DNA from: Penicillus capitatus
Taxonomy: Eukaryota > Plantae > Chlorophyta
Assembly (NCBI GenBank): GCA_965649825.1
Contig: OZ287703.1
Location: 925,722-989,721, forward strand
Direction of reading: 5' to 3'
Length of the DNA stretch: 64,000 nt
The stretch's first letter is position 1, and every line of letters starts with the position of its first letter. The notes under the pieces were generated by a model that had not been told where the DNA came from, did no database searches, and saw nothing but the letters and a program-made list of their open reading frames with translations. The translations under genes and the position numbers were made by a program. Shown here in pieces: positions 1 through 26,631 of the stretch.

Positions 1-1298
1 CGAGTCGAACGAGGGTCGTTAAGCGTCGTAGCATAACGGTCCCTGATTCGTTAATTGCTGTAATGGACAGTAATAGAAGAGTATGTGTACAGACGATAGT
101 CTTTGGATGTTTCAGCGCCTTCGTCTCTGCGTCGTTTTCGTCTGCATCCAAAACAATTTCGCTGTTGCAATTCCAACAGCAATGCGCTCTGTTTCAGAAG
201 CTATAAATGGATTTTCTCAACGTCTCTTCTATCGAGGTGTAGACGAACCTTACACGCCATCGTCGCAGTTAGTTACGTTGCCTGTTCGAGGACCTAATCA
301 ACAACTATCGAAATAGGCATCTAAATGCTCGTTAAGCTTACTTCGAAAGTAGTCGACGCCTTGTCTTTCGCCTAAACTGCATTTATCACAACAATTCGTG
401 AAAGCATAAGATCGTATGAGTGAAAGCACTATATGCTCCACCGTACACTACTCTACAGAAGTGTATCTCCATAAAACTAACTCTATGTGGCCTCTGAAGT
501 CGACTCGATGGAAGCACTACTAGCTGATGTCAATGACTATTGCGAGTACTCATTTCTCTGGATGCATTCGATCTCGATTGCAGTCCTTAGCTGTTGTCTT
601 TAGAAGGTTCGATGAAAACTGGCCCCCTACGCGCCTGCTGTTTCGTGGCCACGAATAGAACTCTGCAAAACTGCGTCACTCTCAGGATTCTATGAATAAG
701 ATGATCCATCATGCCATCTTCATCTATTCTGTCCTTTCTGTTGACAAATGTACAAACTCATGCAAAATCACTTCCATAAAAGCCACAAAATAAACCACCG
801 AATGTCATTATATTTTTATCCTCCATCTACCCACACTTGCGATGTTGCGAATGATCTGTCATGGCGTACCGTAAGGTATTGCACGGTACTAATCTCTTCT
901 CTTAGAATGCATTGTGATGATATAAACATAGTCTTGGAAGGCATGCACAAGTCTTGAAGTTATCGTCTTTATGTGCCGACTTCGTTTCACACGATTGGCT
1001 CCATGCGAATGACCTTGGCGTGGGTGTCGAGTTAAAAAGTACTGGGAGCATTTTTACGGAGAAGTCGTTTGTGTCAAACCGTCTCTCTTGTGAGTCAATA
1101 CATAGTCTGGACAAAAAAACTCTCGCCAACCCGACAAGTCCTTCCGGGCACGTTTTGTCAATTGCGTTTCTCATAGGTTAAGGTTCTTTAAGAGTGTTGA
1201 ACCTTACTAAAAGAATTCGTCGGATCTGGGCGAAGATACCGCCGCAACGGGATCAACGATTTTTTGAGGCTTCATACCAACGGACGTATCTGACAATG

Positions 1299-1315
1299 TG
1301 GTCCACGAAGATATA
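1299..1315 (+). repeat. Target-site duplication, left copy (TGGTCCACGAAGATATA)
   Basis: Exact 17-bp match to 3217-3233. Confidence 0.9.
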
Positions 1316-3216
1316 TATAAGATTGCGTGCTTTTACAACTCCTTTTTGAGAAGATCAGGAGTGCGTCGAAACATTAAGTGTAGCAAACAATATTCAGGCG
1401 TCCAAACAGAATAGACCGGCCGACATGAATGAAATGGTGGTTCAGGTAGTTTCTCGTGGTGCACTGGGGAACCGAGCGAACGGTCGGATGGGCAGTACCA
1501 TGTAGTCCAGGGTAGCAAACGCGGCCTTGTGGTCTCCAAACAGTTGTTCGTGGAGAGTCTTCGAAACGAAGACTTTCAGGTTCTTACTCGGTGTCCATTC
1601 CGGGAGGGGTTGTCCTGTAGCGTCTCGTTTTCTGCGATTCAATCGATGCGGGGCTGCAAAATGCGATTCTTCGATTTCTGTTACCGGCAACTTCCAGCGG
1701 GATGCGTTCTGTTCAGCGATGGCGGAGATGGCCGCTTCAGGGTCGATGTCCAGGTCGACATTGCTGATGACCACTGGGACCTTGTCTTTGGTGGGCGAGA
1801 GATACGGGTTGTTGACCGTGAACGTTCCAATGTCATCCAATTCCAGATCCCATGAGTCGCCTGCACATTCCAGACATCGGTCGAGCGATCTCTCGAAAGA
1901 CTTGAGCAGTTCGGCTCGGATTTGCACATAGTAACGTCCGCCGTGATCAGATCGGATGTCTTCTACATATTCCTTCAGGTTCTCGATCTTTAGCGTGCGC
2001 TCCAAGCTGATCCCAAGCTGGCGAAACGACGGGTGGTCTCCCTTCATCGTCACTGGGCATAGCTGGAAGCTGCGTTCATCACATCTGATCTGCGCTTTGA
2101 ACTTCTGAGGTTTCTTGCGAATCTCCCTGGCCTGGGCAATTCGTTGCTTTTGTGCGGGGGTCGTTGCGGACTGGTCTGGGACTGAGCTGTAGGCATGGCC
2201 TGACGATCGGCATCCCGGTACGTTCTGGGAGCTTCGCTGCCGGTGCCAGTTTCTGGCACTGCCTGGGCTCTGGTAGCTGGTGCGGGAGACATTGGTTGCG
2301 CGACAAACTGGGTCGACTCCGTGATGCTGAAGTAGAACAGCATGCATGTGTGCACATCGTGCATCTTGGAGAAAGCCTGGGAGAGACTAGTCCTCAGTGA
2401 AGATTCCTCTGGGATGAAAGACGGGACGATCATCTCTATTTGGGAGAGAGACGATCGGAGGTCGTCGGAGAGTGCTCTGAGAAACTGGCTTAGCGGCACC
2501 GAGTGACGCGATCGACAGAGAAGCGCTGTGCTTGTGCCTCTCGCCGGGCGATGTGACTGTCTTGTCGAAGAAGGGTTCTTCCTGCCAAGGGGAGCTGGTT
2601 GACTCATCTAAGGCCTTCTTCTCTGGCTCTGGGCATGTGATGACTCATCCACCTAGACAGTCTTTTCATCCTGCATGTATAAATGACTGATTCTGAACCT
2701 CTCCGGACCTTGCTCTGTAAACATCAAGAAGTCTTCCGCTGTTGTATTTTCTTCGTTCGACCCGACCGGTGACAGTGCCGTCCGCCAGGGGTGGGTCTGG
2801 GGCTTCTGGCGCCAGGAGGAGCTGGTTGCGAGTGTTCTCAAGCCTTCTAGCGAGGTGTAGCTGTGCGTCGTCCCTTTCTTCGTGTGCAGTCAGAAAGGCT
2901 CGGATCTTCTCGCTGATTTGTACGGGGTCCAGGGTAGCAGCGAGCTGAGTAGGGCAGGCTCGTAGTGCGGTATTGACGAGGATGAGCTTATCCTTGCTCA
3001 TGCCCTTGAGTACCTCAGGGGACTGACGCAGGTCGCGTCGATACCGGACCGTGTTTGCGGCCTGAGCCATCGCCGTGCGCACTGGGTCGGGGGCGGTGTC
3101 AGGACCTCTTGACTGAGAGCCAAAAGGCTGCATCGTTCGTTGTCGCGCGTGCGGACACCGTCGTTCAGCAAGGGTTTTGAAACGGCGGGACGAAAGTGTC
3201 GTACGAGAGAATTTTT
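1316..3216 (-). mobile_element. Non-autonomous ORF1-only (half-LINE-like) non-LTR retroelement, about 1.9 kb, with a degenerate ORF1
   Basis: Flanked by an exact 17-bp direct repeat (1299-1315 and 3217-3233). The minus-strand ORF pieces 3133-2666, 2841-2653, 2607-2050 and 2347-1442 match ORF1 of the LINE at 41.4 kb in order (PDTAP; TYRDA vs SYKDA; DERSF vs DERAF; EDIRSDHGGRYYVQIR vs EDIRKDPRGNFYVQIK; PSKNLKVFVSK vs PSQTIKIWLSK). No endonuclease or RT sequence. The last ~50 nt resemble the LINE 3' end. Confidence 0.85.
1442..3133 (-). pseudogene. Disrupted LINE ORF1 (gag-like) of the ORF1-only element
   Basis: Collinear homology to LINE ORF1 spread over three reading frames. Inferred frameshifts near 2800 and 2150; in-frame TAG codons at 2653-2655 and 2608-2610. 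Confidence 0.75.
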
Positions 3217-3233
3217 TGGTCCACGAAGATATA
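3217..3233 (+). repeat. Target-site duplication, right copy (TGGTCCACGAAGATATA)
   Basis: Exact 17-bp match to 1299-1315. Confidence 0.9.
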
Positions 3234-3489
3234 ATCTCTAACTCGTAGCTTCTGTAAAAAGTTCTTTAAGTGCAAAGAGCTTAAACGATTTGTTCTTTGA
3301 TTCTAAGAGAATCGTCTCTTAGTCTTCTTGTTAAACAGGTAACGCGCTTATGCCCAATTAGATCAATTTCGTAAAGATGGGTGTTTTTCTTCGTTTACTA
3401 TCTATCGCTAGCGTCCGAAGAGCTTCGGTTGACCATCTATAAAGCAAATCTCACAGTCACTTCAATCAGAGTAATCACGTTAAAGCGAA

Positions 3490-4200
3490 CAATTACAATA
3501 GTTCTTTTCTTTGCTTTACAACACAAGTTACTTTACTTGTCGAAAGTTCGTCAATGATCGGCACCAATTTTTGTTTGTCCTGTTTCTCGTTTCTTTTTTT
3601 CTTGAAGATCGATACGGATATATTTTTTCTTCGTCGTGGTGGAAGTATTATGAAACAAGGGTTGTTCTGCATTTTTTCAAAAGTAGATTTAACAGATTAC
3701 TGTGATGCTCCGAATCCATAAGCGGGCAGCATTAGCCGCAGCAGTTTAAAACGGAATGTTAAACACAGTATAAAGGTCTTCAATTTATTCTTCATACTTG
3801 GATATCTCCTCTTGCAGTTTTCTGTGTTTAATATATTCTTGGATAAGGCCCTTTCGGTTTTCTTCGATGTGCAAGCAATCTGTATAAATTTCATTCTTGA
3901 AGGCATCAGTGATGATGACTGGATGTTTGTTCATTGCTAAAGAATACCTCCATCTCTTTCAAGGTTCTGGCGATTAGAACTTTAGGTTATTTGGCTTTCT
4001 GGTTCCGCCATGTGCAAGCAAGTATTCGCCAGTGTATTTAGGTCATTGGCATCACTCAACTCCTTTCGATAACATTCAACAAAAACCACTTTTCGTTTAG
4101 TGAAAGGCAGTACTTCCATGGTCTTTGGACTACAATGAACGTACAGAGGAATTTTGCCAGATCTCGTTTGTAAAGTTCATTCACGCAATGGCAATGGACA
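3490..4200 (-). pseudogene. Decayed AT-rich protein-coding relic of unknown origin
   Basis: Minus-strand frames read as protein-like K/E-rich sequence broken by stops and frameshifts (MNKHPVIITDAFKNEIYTDCLHIEENRKGLIQEYIKHRKLQEEISKYEE*IEDLYTVFNIPF*TAAANAARLWIRS). No family recognised. Confidence 0.3.
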
Positions 4201-5436
4201 GGGAAATTGATTGCTTCTCAAAACTGCCAGAGAAACTGGGGTTGTCACATCGTTACTACTTCGTTGTTTAAGGGTTCTGTCTCCGAAGGGGTACTTACAC
4301 GAGGTTTACGTTAACCTATGGATCCTTTCCCGAGGTCCTGCTAGGCCAGTGACTCATCTGTCATGTCACCTGTGGCACACAAAAACATGACCGCAGACAC
4401 ATGTGAACCTTTGCTCTGTAAGCATGGAAAGCTTTCCTTTGACACAAAGACAATTACAAGATGGCACATTTTTGTGCACATGCGGACATCGCGGACGCAG
4501 TTCTGTCGCCCTTAGAGGATCTTTTGCGACTGCGAATGTCTTGAAAAGCACGACATATGTTAGGACCGCGGGGTGTCGCGAGAGGTATGGGTACGTCGAG
4601 GCCGTGAGTAGAGACGAATCGGACGGGTATTCTTGTAGGCGAGTCTGTACATCGTTATATAGGTAAATGTCCTGTCATTCGACAGCGACGTTTCTTGATG
4701 TAACACATACAAAGAACATTTTATTCCAATTCAGTCCATACGAAGATATCAACTCATTGCCGTGTCGCTTAAGTCCACTTGCGGTGTGCATAAGCAATTC
4801 TCCACATGTGTGCCTGGGACCTGAAGATGGATGTTAGCTGTGGCTGGGGCACTGGCGCTACTACAGTTTGCTGTTTTGTGTTGCCTGTTTTCTTGACGAA
4901 CACTTCGTTGAAGAAGGTTATGATCTGCGTAGAGAAATCAATTGGCCAAGAGAAAGAGACGCTAACGACTTTCCAGCGAGTTGCGAAGTGCACTAACTGC
5001 ACGCCACCTATCTTTATCATGTTTTTAAGCAGCCAATGATTCTGTCAATGTGTCAAGTCGCACTTTTCAGAATTCTGTCTAATAATAGAGTTTGTAACTA
5101 AGTTGTCTTCAAGACCGAAAGAAGTAGACTCAGAATCGTTATGAAGCCGCAAAGGAGAAAGCAAGCTTCGATGAAAGGACAACGGTTGGAGTAACGATAT
5201 AATCAGGCAAAGGTTTAAAAAGCAGCCAAGTGATTTCGAGGTTACACTGCTCGTAGATTGTATTCGTGAACCCTAAAATAGACGAAGATGACAGTGTTTA
5301 CGTACGTCTGTTTGTGTGTTGTGTAACGAGTGCACAATGTTGCATTCGTAAACAGATTCTATCCAATAAACATCCGCCAATGAGATGCTTGTAAAGAATG
5401 CAGAATGAAGAAAAAGATACTCGACCATGAATTAGA

Positions 5437-10319
<4,883 letters not shown>

Positions 10320-12270
10320 CTTGCCAATGTAACAAGAACTGCAAACGGTCGGAGCTTAAAAATGCAGTCTGATTTGACGTGTGAGCAGCGACAGCCACAG
10401 GAAAGCGCTCTACGTCAGTAACTACTAATGCACGCGTCATGCCTTGCTGCGCCGCGGAAGGATAGTAGAACCATAACACCGTTTCCTCGAACGATAAACG
10501 CAGCATCCATTTCGTACTTCATAACCTTGAGAGCGCTGCTCTGGCAGACATTGCGATAAGGGACATGTCACATTGGCTTTGGCTCATTGACAACGGAGCG
10601 CATCCACAAGCACTCGAGCAGATCGCATCGATCTCAGGATGCTTTAATGGAATCTCTTTTTGATCGACAAGTGTCTAGAAACCTTAATCTCGATAGATTC
10701 TAAAATGCGGAAGTGGCCTTACTGTTGTCTGCATTGAAACTTCGATTGTGTGGAGTGGTGTGCTCAGGAGCTTTTGTCAACCTATAAGAGACAGCAGTCA
10801 ATAACGTGCTGTTCTAAACAAAGGCAGTGGAATGCTGAAGAAGACCTCATTCGAAGTGTGCTGGGCAACTTGATCCTGGACGATCGTGTATCGTGAAATC
10901 TTCCAATCACTGGTACGTTCTGCAGTTCTCGGAAGACGGGTGCTACAGTATCTGCACAAACATACATATCCTTGGTCATCATCTAAGTCCAATCCATCGC
11001 TTGGCGACAAAGGCATCCTTCGTCTGCAGCAGAGAAAGTTGCCGTGATTGTAAGGTCAGTCGGTAGTGCTGAACACAAGAGGCGATGGACTGCACGCCCA
11101 TGAAGAGCGCATCTCAAATAGACGCGTCAGTTGACCTTAATCTGTGTTTTGGCAGATCGTGTGTGTCCATCGTTGCTGGGCATCGTGAGACGACTACCCG
11201 ATTTTCGAAAACAGATGGACTTAAAGCTAGGCCGCTTCCGTGGAAACAGTGGATAGTGACCTCCAGTATTTCACTCACGAGATCACGTCCCAGATGACCT
11301 TCAGGCGGCATATGCCGATCATTAAATGCTCATCCGTTGTTAACGTGTAGCAGACCTTCGTCAGTCATGTTTGTCAGAACCTCCCACATTCGATGTGAGC
11401 AAATTCATGTGATCCCTGATATACGACTTCAGTAAAGGCCTTAGAGACACGAAACTGCGTACAGAAGGGCGCGGACAACGGAACGCTCCATCGACAGCGT
11501 GCCGTCCGTTAAAGGACACTAGACTAGGAGAGATCAGCCTCCATGGAGAGCACAGGTGATCTCACGAGCTTCAAACGCTATCTCAGAAACTTGAAGATTG
11601 TTTCCAATCACGATCGACGGGAACGTCATATTCCGACGACCGTAATAGATTGATCACTCTCGTCCTGCGTATTGGCCCAATTAAAGTGAGACGGGAGATA
11701 ATGATGAACTGTATCGCCGCCTCACATAAGAAAAACCGTGCGTGAAGGCGACAGGTGGCAGCTGTAGTTGTCGCTGCAACTGCTGCTATATGCCAATGAC
11801 TGCTGTTGCGTTTCTGCGATGTGACGTCTCGGCGGCGCAGTCACATCTTTCTTTCCAGCCAGCGGTCTCCGCAAAACATGTCGAGAGGACGGCAATATGC
11901 AGAACCGACAGAGTCCATGACGCGACGGTTGCACCTGTCGGAAGCCACGTCTTTTCAAGTCTTGTCAAGCCTTCGGAAGGAACAGGCTGGCAGGTCAGTC
12001 GAAGTCCTAATGTCTCGCCAAAGAACGCGTCAGATACCACGCGGGCGATTATCTTAAATGGACTAACCGCTGCATGATGATCTTCACCAGCGAGGCGTCA
12101 AACAACCGCGCTCTTCATCGTCGAACGTACACCGCGTGTCGAACGTTGTCGTTCAGGGGACGGCCTCTTCCTCCTTTCGACTGTTGCACGTTTCTCTTTG
12201 TCACTCGTCTTTCCAAACGAGAATAAATCGTCAGAGCCAGAGTAGACCTCAGAGTGCTTCCTTCCAACGG

Positions 12271-13017
12271 ATGGCCGGGATGGCAACGTTGCCTTGGAAG
12301 ACGACTCTCTCTGGCATACTGCAAGACTACTCGACCCTTCTTGTGACTACCCTATGTCCTGCTCTGGCATACCGTTCTGCCTCCAAGAATCTTGAGGACT
12401 CTCCAGCTGGATGCCTCGAATCGACGGCGGGAGGATACTGTCCGTGTTATGGGTGGACTCTACGGACGCAGCTGCGAAAGAAATATAACCTGGAGGGTTC
12501 AATCTTGAAAGATATTGCGGCGCATCTCTGCTGCCACTGTGTGGCCCTTGCGAGGGTCTGGAGAGAATCCGAGATGCGGATCGAGACGCAGAACCGACCT
12601 GCGTCTCCGGCATCTCGCACGACATCGATGCAGCCGCCCGTTCAACCCATCGTCCCACCGGTGCAGCGGTTCGTTGCCCATACCAGCGGACAGGTCGGAT
12701 TTCCACCGCCTATAGGTGAGCACTTGAAGGAGAGAGAATCGACCTGCGTCCTACGCTGTTTAGGCATCCCAGTCGAGACATCATGTATCCCTAACCTTCA
12801 ACGCATCGCAGAGCCATCCACCAGATCGGTGATACCTCCAACCCTGATCATACAGCAGGCAGAGAACAGTTCGCGGATGACTGCAGACTCGCAGCCCGCG
12901 CCGTCATTTAATTCGATCTCTTTACCTGCGGCTAACCAGACAGACACTTCGGGTTCCGTGAGATTATTATCTCCGGAACGGCAGCCATTCAATACGGATC
13001 GAGATACACAAGAGTGA
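12271..13017 (+). CDS. PLAC8-family (plant cadmium resistance/CNR-like) Cys-rich protein, copy a
   Basis: LPWKTTL...LCPALAY...YCPCYGWTLRTQLRKKYNLEGSILKDIAAHLCCHCVALAR matches the PLAC8 pattern (R..LR.KY...G....D...H.CC..CAL). P/S/Q-rich tail. Exact start uncertain. Confidence 0.85.
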   Translation: MAGMATLPWKTTLSGILQDYSTLLVTTLCPALAYRSASKNLEDSPAGCLESTAGGYCPCYGWTLRTQLRKKYNLEGSILKDIAAHLCCHCVALARVWRESEMRIETQNRPASPASRTTSMQPPVQPIVPPVQRFVAHTSGQVGFPPPIGEHLKERESTCVLRCLGIPVETSCIPNLQRIAEPSTRSVIPPTLIIQQAENSSRMTADSQPAPSFNSISLPAANQTDTSGSVRLLSPERQPFNTDRDTQE

Positions 13018-13968
13018 GCACAGAACGTCTCTTGCGCAGAAACGTGATCGACACGGTTGTTTTGATTCGATCAGGATTCTCTCGGCCGAGGACAGGCGGT
13101 GGGACGAACTTAACAGGAGGTTAATGGCTTTGCGCCCGATGGGTTATCGATCTTCTGTGTGAGTGATAATACAGCTCAAAAATGCAGTGACCTCCTTCAC
13201 ACCCTCCTGGAAACGAAAGTATAAAAACGGAAGCTGGTTGTTTTTGTACGAATAATAAAAAACACTCATCGAACAAACATCTCTTCACTTCGGCTATATC
13301 TCCCATGTAAGGGCAGGCAGCGTTGCCTTATTGCAAGACGCTAGAACATCGCTTTTTACTCGAAACCGTTTGACTTGACCCGTAGCGACGCGAAACACGG
13401 CAATATGTTGATGAAGGACGATGGCATCAAAGCCATACTCGGCCGATCCGTCTTGGATCGTTGCCTCATCCACGACGATAAGATGATCCGGTTTCCATTC
13501 AGAGCGATCGAGAGTTGCAGGAATCGTGTGTGGTAGATGCGCCTTCGGGTATCTGCGACAGACGCGCTAGCGACGGGAGGTTTCGCTTGTGTTTAGCAGT
13601 GCCGCGGAAAAACGTCGGTTCTCAACTGACGTATTTTGCACAAGCCGCGTTTTTTGATGATGATGACCTAGTCATTGTCACATCGAATATTGCACCGTGG
13701 ACAGAAAACGTCAAAGACATGACCAACGTGAACCTTCGAAGTCCGCGCTGCCTTTATCTCCTGACGTTTGGCAGTGGAAACCCTTCTCTTCTGTATTTAT
13801 TCGGAATGGATAGGATAGGAGTGATTGTTCTATCGTGCTTTTTTCTCAGAAATGTGAGGAGCTAAATCTGTGTGCCAGTAAGAAACGACAGTCGCTATGA
13901 CTGTCGTCCATATCAGTGCAGCTCGAAATCGAAACACGGGATCGACGCGGAAAACGGGCACTCGAAGA

Positions 13969-14077
13969 ATCGATCTTAAATCAGGCAGTCATCCCCACGA
14001 AAATGGAGATCTTGTAGCATCGATCTTAAATCGGGCAGTCATCCCCACAAAAATGAAGATCTTATAGCATCGATCTT
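13969..14077 (+). repeat. 50-bp tandem repeat, about 2.2 copies
   Basis: Unit ATCGATCTTAAATCAGGCAGTCATCCCCACGAAAATGGAGATCTTGTAGC starts at 13969, 14019 and (partial) 14069. Confidence 0.9.
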
Positions 14078-14450
14078 TCATTGTTTCATATTGCCTATTT
14101 CAGCGTCACGGACGGATGGAAGACTTCAACAGCAAACATGTTTAAGCACCTACCTGTTAGCAGGTGAAACTACCCTTCTTATATAAATGAGACTACTATT
14201 TCAAAAGTCAATGTAAGAGTTACAAAGAAGTGCGAATGATGAAAGCTCTGAAGAAACGAGAAAAAATCTAAAGAGATTCATCTGTATGTTCTAAAGAAGT
14301 AAGTAATACATAGATCTGAATTGACACAAATTCAACACTGCAAATAAATGCTACGTATAGCGTTTCTATCTGACATCGACTGCAAAGCAATGTGAATAGC
14401 AATTAGAGAACAAAGAAACAAAGTTCGACGCTGGTGATCAGAAGAAATCG

Positions 14451-19344
<4,894 letters not shown>

Positions 19345-20068
19345 CGTGTCTGGCTGTGAGTCCTAAGCGACGCAAGGACAGTCCGCCCCGTTTTCCGAGA
19401 TGCCCAGATCGTATGCTGTGCTGCAGCAAGACGCGAATCGATAAAAATGGAATCAGTTTGATGAATTGATCGAGCAGCTGATGGCAACCACGTCTGTAAT
19501 CTTCCGTTGCGAAACGTCAGAGATTTGAGCCGCCTACTCTCGAACAAAACGAATGCACCTGGGTCAGCTACTAGAGTGCGTTGTATGAGAGTCGGCGACT
19601 CTTTCAGAAAGGAGTTTATTTTATCTCGGCTGTTTTCGTAGAACATGGATGCACTCTATTTCCGCCTTCGAGGAATTTAGAACACGTGTCCGTGACAAGA
19701 CATCCAAATGCCAATCGAGCTCGTTAGTTACCATTTGCGCGTCAGTAACTACTTGAACACAGTAAGTATCGCACCTTGTACGCAGAGAAGTAGTGCCAGG
19801 CACGTGGCAGCAATCATGGTTTAAATAGAGTCATAGTCGCGCTTCTAGTCCATAACAATCAATGCATCTGTTATAACGTCGAAAAATTGCTTGCCTATCT
19901 CTTATGTGATGTGACGTGCTCCCTGCTAATGGCCCTTAAAGTAGAGTCACCCTTTTGCGATGACAAACACCGTCTTCACGAGTCGGAATCAACGACATCC
20001 TCTCCCTTGAAGCTCCGCAACATCCCAAAGACCACCCTCCAGACTTCCCCCGGTCAGTCATCTCTCCC

Positions 20069-20675
20069 ATGTCTCGCAGGACAGCGAGCGGTGCCGGAAA
20101 CGGAGTTCTACCTGGTTCCTTGAAAGAGATGGCCGCCTCTGTGCCTTTACCGTGGAAGACAACTCTGTTCATGACACTTCTTGACTACCGTATGCTGTTC
20201 ACCGCAGTCGTTTGTCCGGCTCTCGCTTACAATTCCACGGCTCAGTATTTCCAGAACCCTCCTGCTGGCTGCCTCGAGTCGATGGTCGGAGGATACTGTC
20301 CGTGTTATGGCTGGACTCTCCGAACGCGCCTGAGAAAGAAATACGGATTGTACGGGTCGATTTTGGGAGACATCCTTTCACACCTATGCTGCCACTGTCT
20401 GGCCATAGCAAGAATCTGGAAAGAAGCTGAATCGCAGACCGAAGCAAAGAATCAAGAACAGCAGCAGTCTATCAAAGACAGCACTTCCTCCTCTCTTGCC
20501 AATATACCTCGTCCAGATGAACGCGCAACCGAGTCCTTGACGAGGCAAAGAACGGAAGAAAACGTTGAGGTAATACCCTGTACAAAGACAGTCAATGATG
20601 GATGCCTGTCTGTCTGTGTATGAACAGCCTGAGATGCGCGTCCTGAGAAATAGCCCAGATACAAACGCACCTTAG
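20069..20675 (+). CDS. PLAC8-family protein, copy b
   Basis: LPWKTTL...VCPALAY...YCPCYGWTLRTRLRKKYGLYGSILGDILSHLCCHCLAIAR. Predicted last intron accepts at 20627, followed by a short exon ending in TAG at 20675. Confidence 0.85.
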
Positions 20676-21414
20676 ATCGATACCACCACAGATCCATATC
20701 TGCAGGACTAGTCCATCTTCCCTTGGTTTGTTTTCAGGGGATCATACATGGTTATGTTTTCAATACGTCTGTCGAAACATATATATCGCGGGGACATCCG
20801 CAGAGTTGAAATCAGAAAAGCAGAGATTTTGCACAGGGAATGGTCGCCCTGCTATCACGAGACTTCATTTTCTTTCCTATGTTTCGAACACTGACAGAGA
20901 AGGGGCATCCATTTTCCAGTCCATTCTCAAATTCTATAACGATTGTATACATATCTCCTTGCTAGGATGAAAAGACCCTTCGTCTATGTTACATTTGTAT
21001 ACCATCTAGGCATTTACAATGTACTTGAACAGAACATGGATTCACAATCTTCCTTCGGACGTCACATCTGTCTCGTATCACCTTCGAGCGGTTTCGCACT
21101 TTGAAAGCTAGCATTGCCTGTGCGGCAGTGACAAGGGTCGGCGTTTCTGGTCAATGCTTTGTGCATTTGTCTGGACACTTCGATGTGACAAGCTGTCGGA
21201 CACGCCGGTCCCGACCGCCTGGCGAACTGGGTGAGCGACTTCTCCCGGCAGAAAGTGTCAAGCACGAGGAGATGCGTCAGTGCGCACCATTCCGTGCGGA
21301 TGGAGAGACACTGGGTAGTCCATTGCTTCTGAGGTGCTATATTTGACAACGGTCTCAACGGTCATGTCAAAAAGCATCGCCGAGACGGGACGTTGAAAGT
21401 GACGGATTTGTAGA

Positions 21415-26299
<4,885 letters not shown>

Positions 26300-26550
26300 T
26301 TTACTTTCTCGTGTTTATTGCAATTGGTTAAGCGCGTTTAACTGTTTACGCAGTAAAAGTTGTTCTTTTCTTCTGCTGAACCCCTGGACAGTTGATTATC
26401 TACTCACTTGAATTTCAATTTGCAAAACCTCATGCCGAACCCAAACAGAGCGGTTTTTTCTTGACTCGTTGTTTACTCCGTGTATTTGCGTTTGGTCGAC
26501 ATCTGGTCTACTAAACGGACACAGATTGACGTGGGTATAACAACGGTTAT

Positions 26551-26631
26551 GGCCCCGCGGACCGGACAGGGTGTCCGCTTCCTGATGTGACAGGGGTCCG
26601 CGGGGGCCGACGGGTATATAAGCTGACGTCA
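26551..26631 (+). promoter_or_regulatory. GC-rich three-way-junction-like inverted repeat followed by TATATAA and TGACGTCA
   Basis: CCCCGCGGACC (26553-26563) pairs with GGTCCGCGGGG (26595-26605) and encloses two small hairpins (GGACA-GGG-TGTCC; CCTG-ATGTGA-CAGG). TATATAA at about 26615; TGACGTCA at 26624-26631. Confidence 0.4.

Noticed and set aside
10600-11700. Possible extra gene or LRR relic between ABCC copy 1 and PLAC8a
   Set aside because: Only short minus-strand ORFs with multiple stops; no consistent splice model or recognisable domain.
13969-14077. CRISPR-like array
   Set aside because: A plain head-to-tail 50-bp duplication with no unique spacers, in a eukaryotic context with no cas genes.
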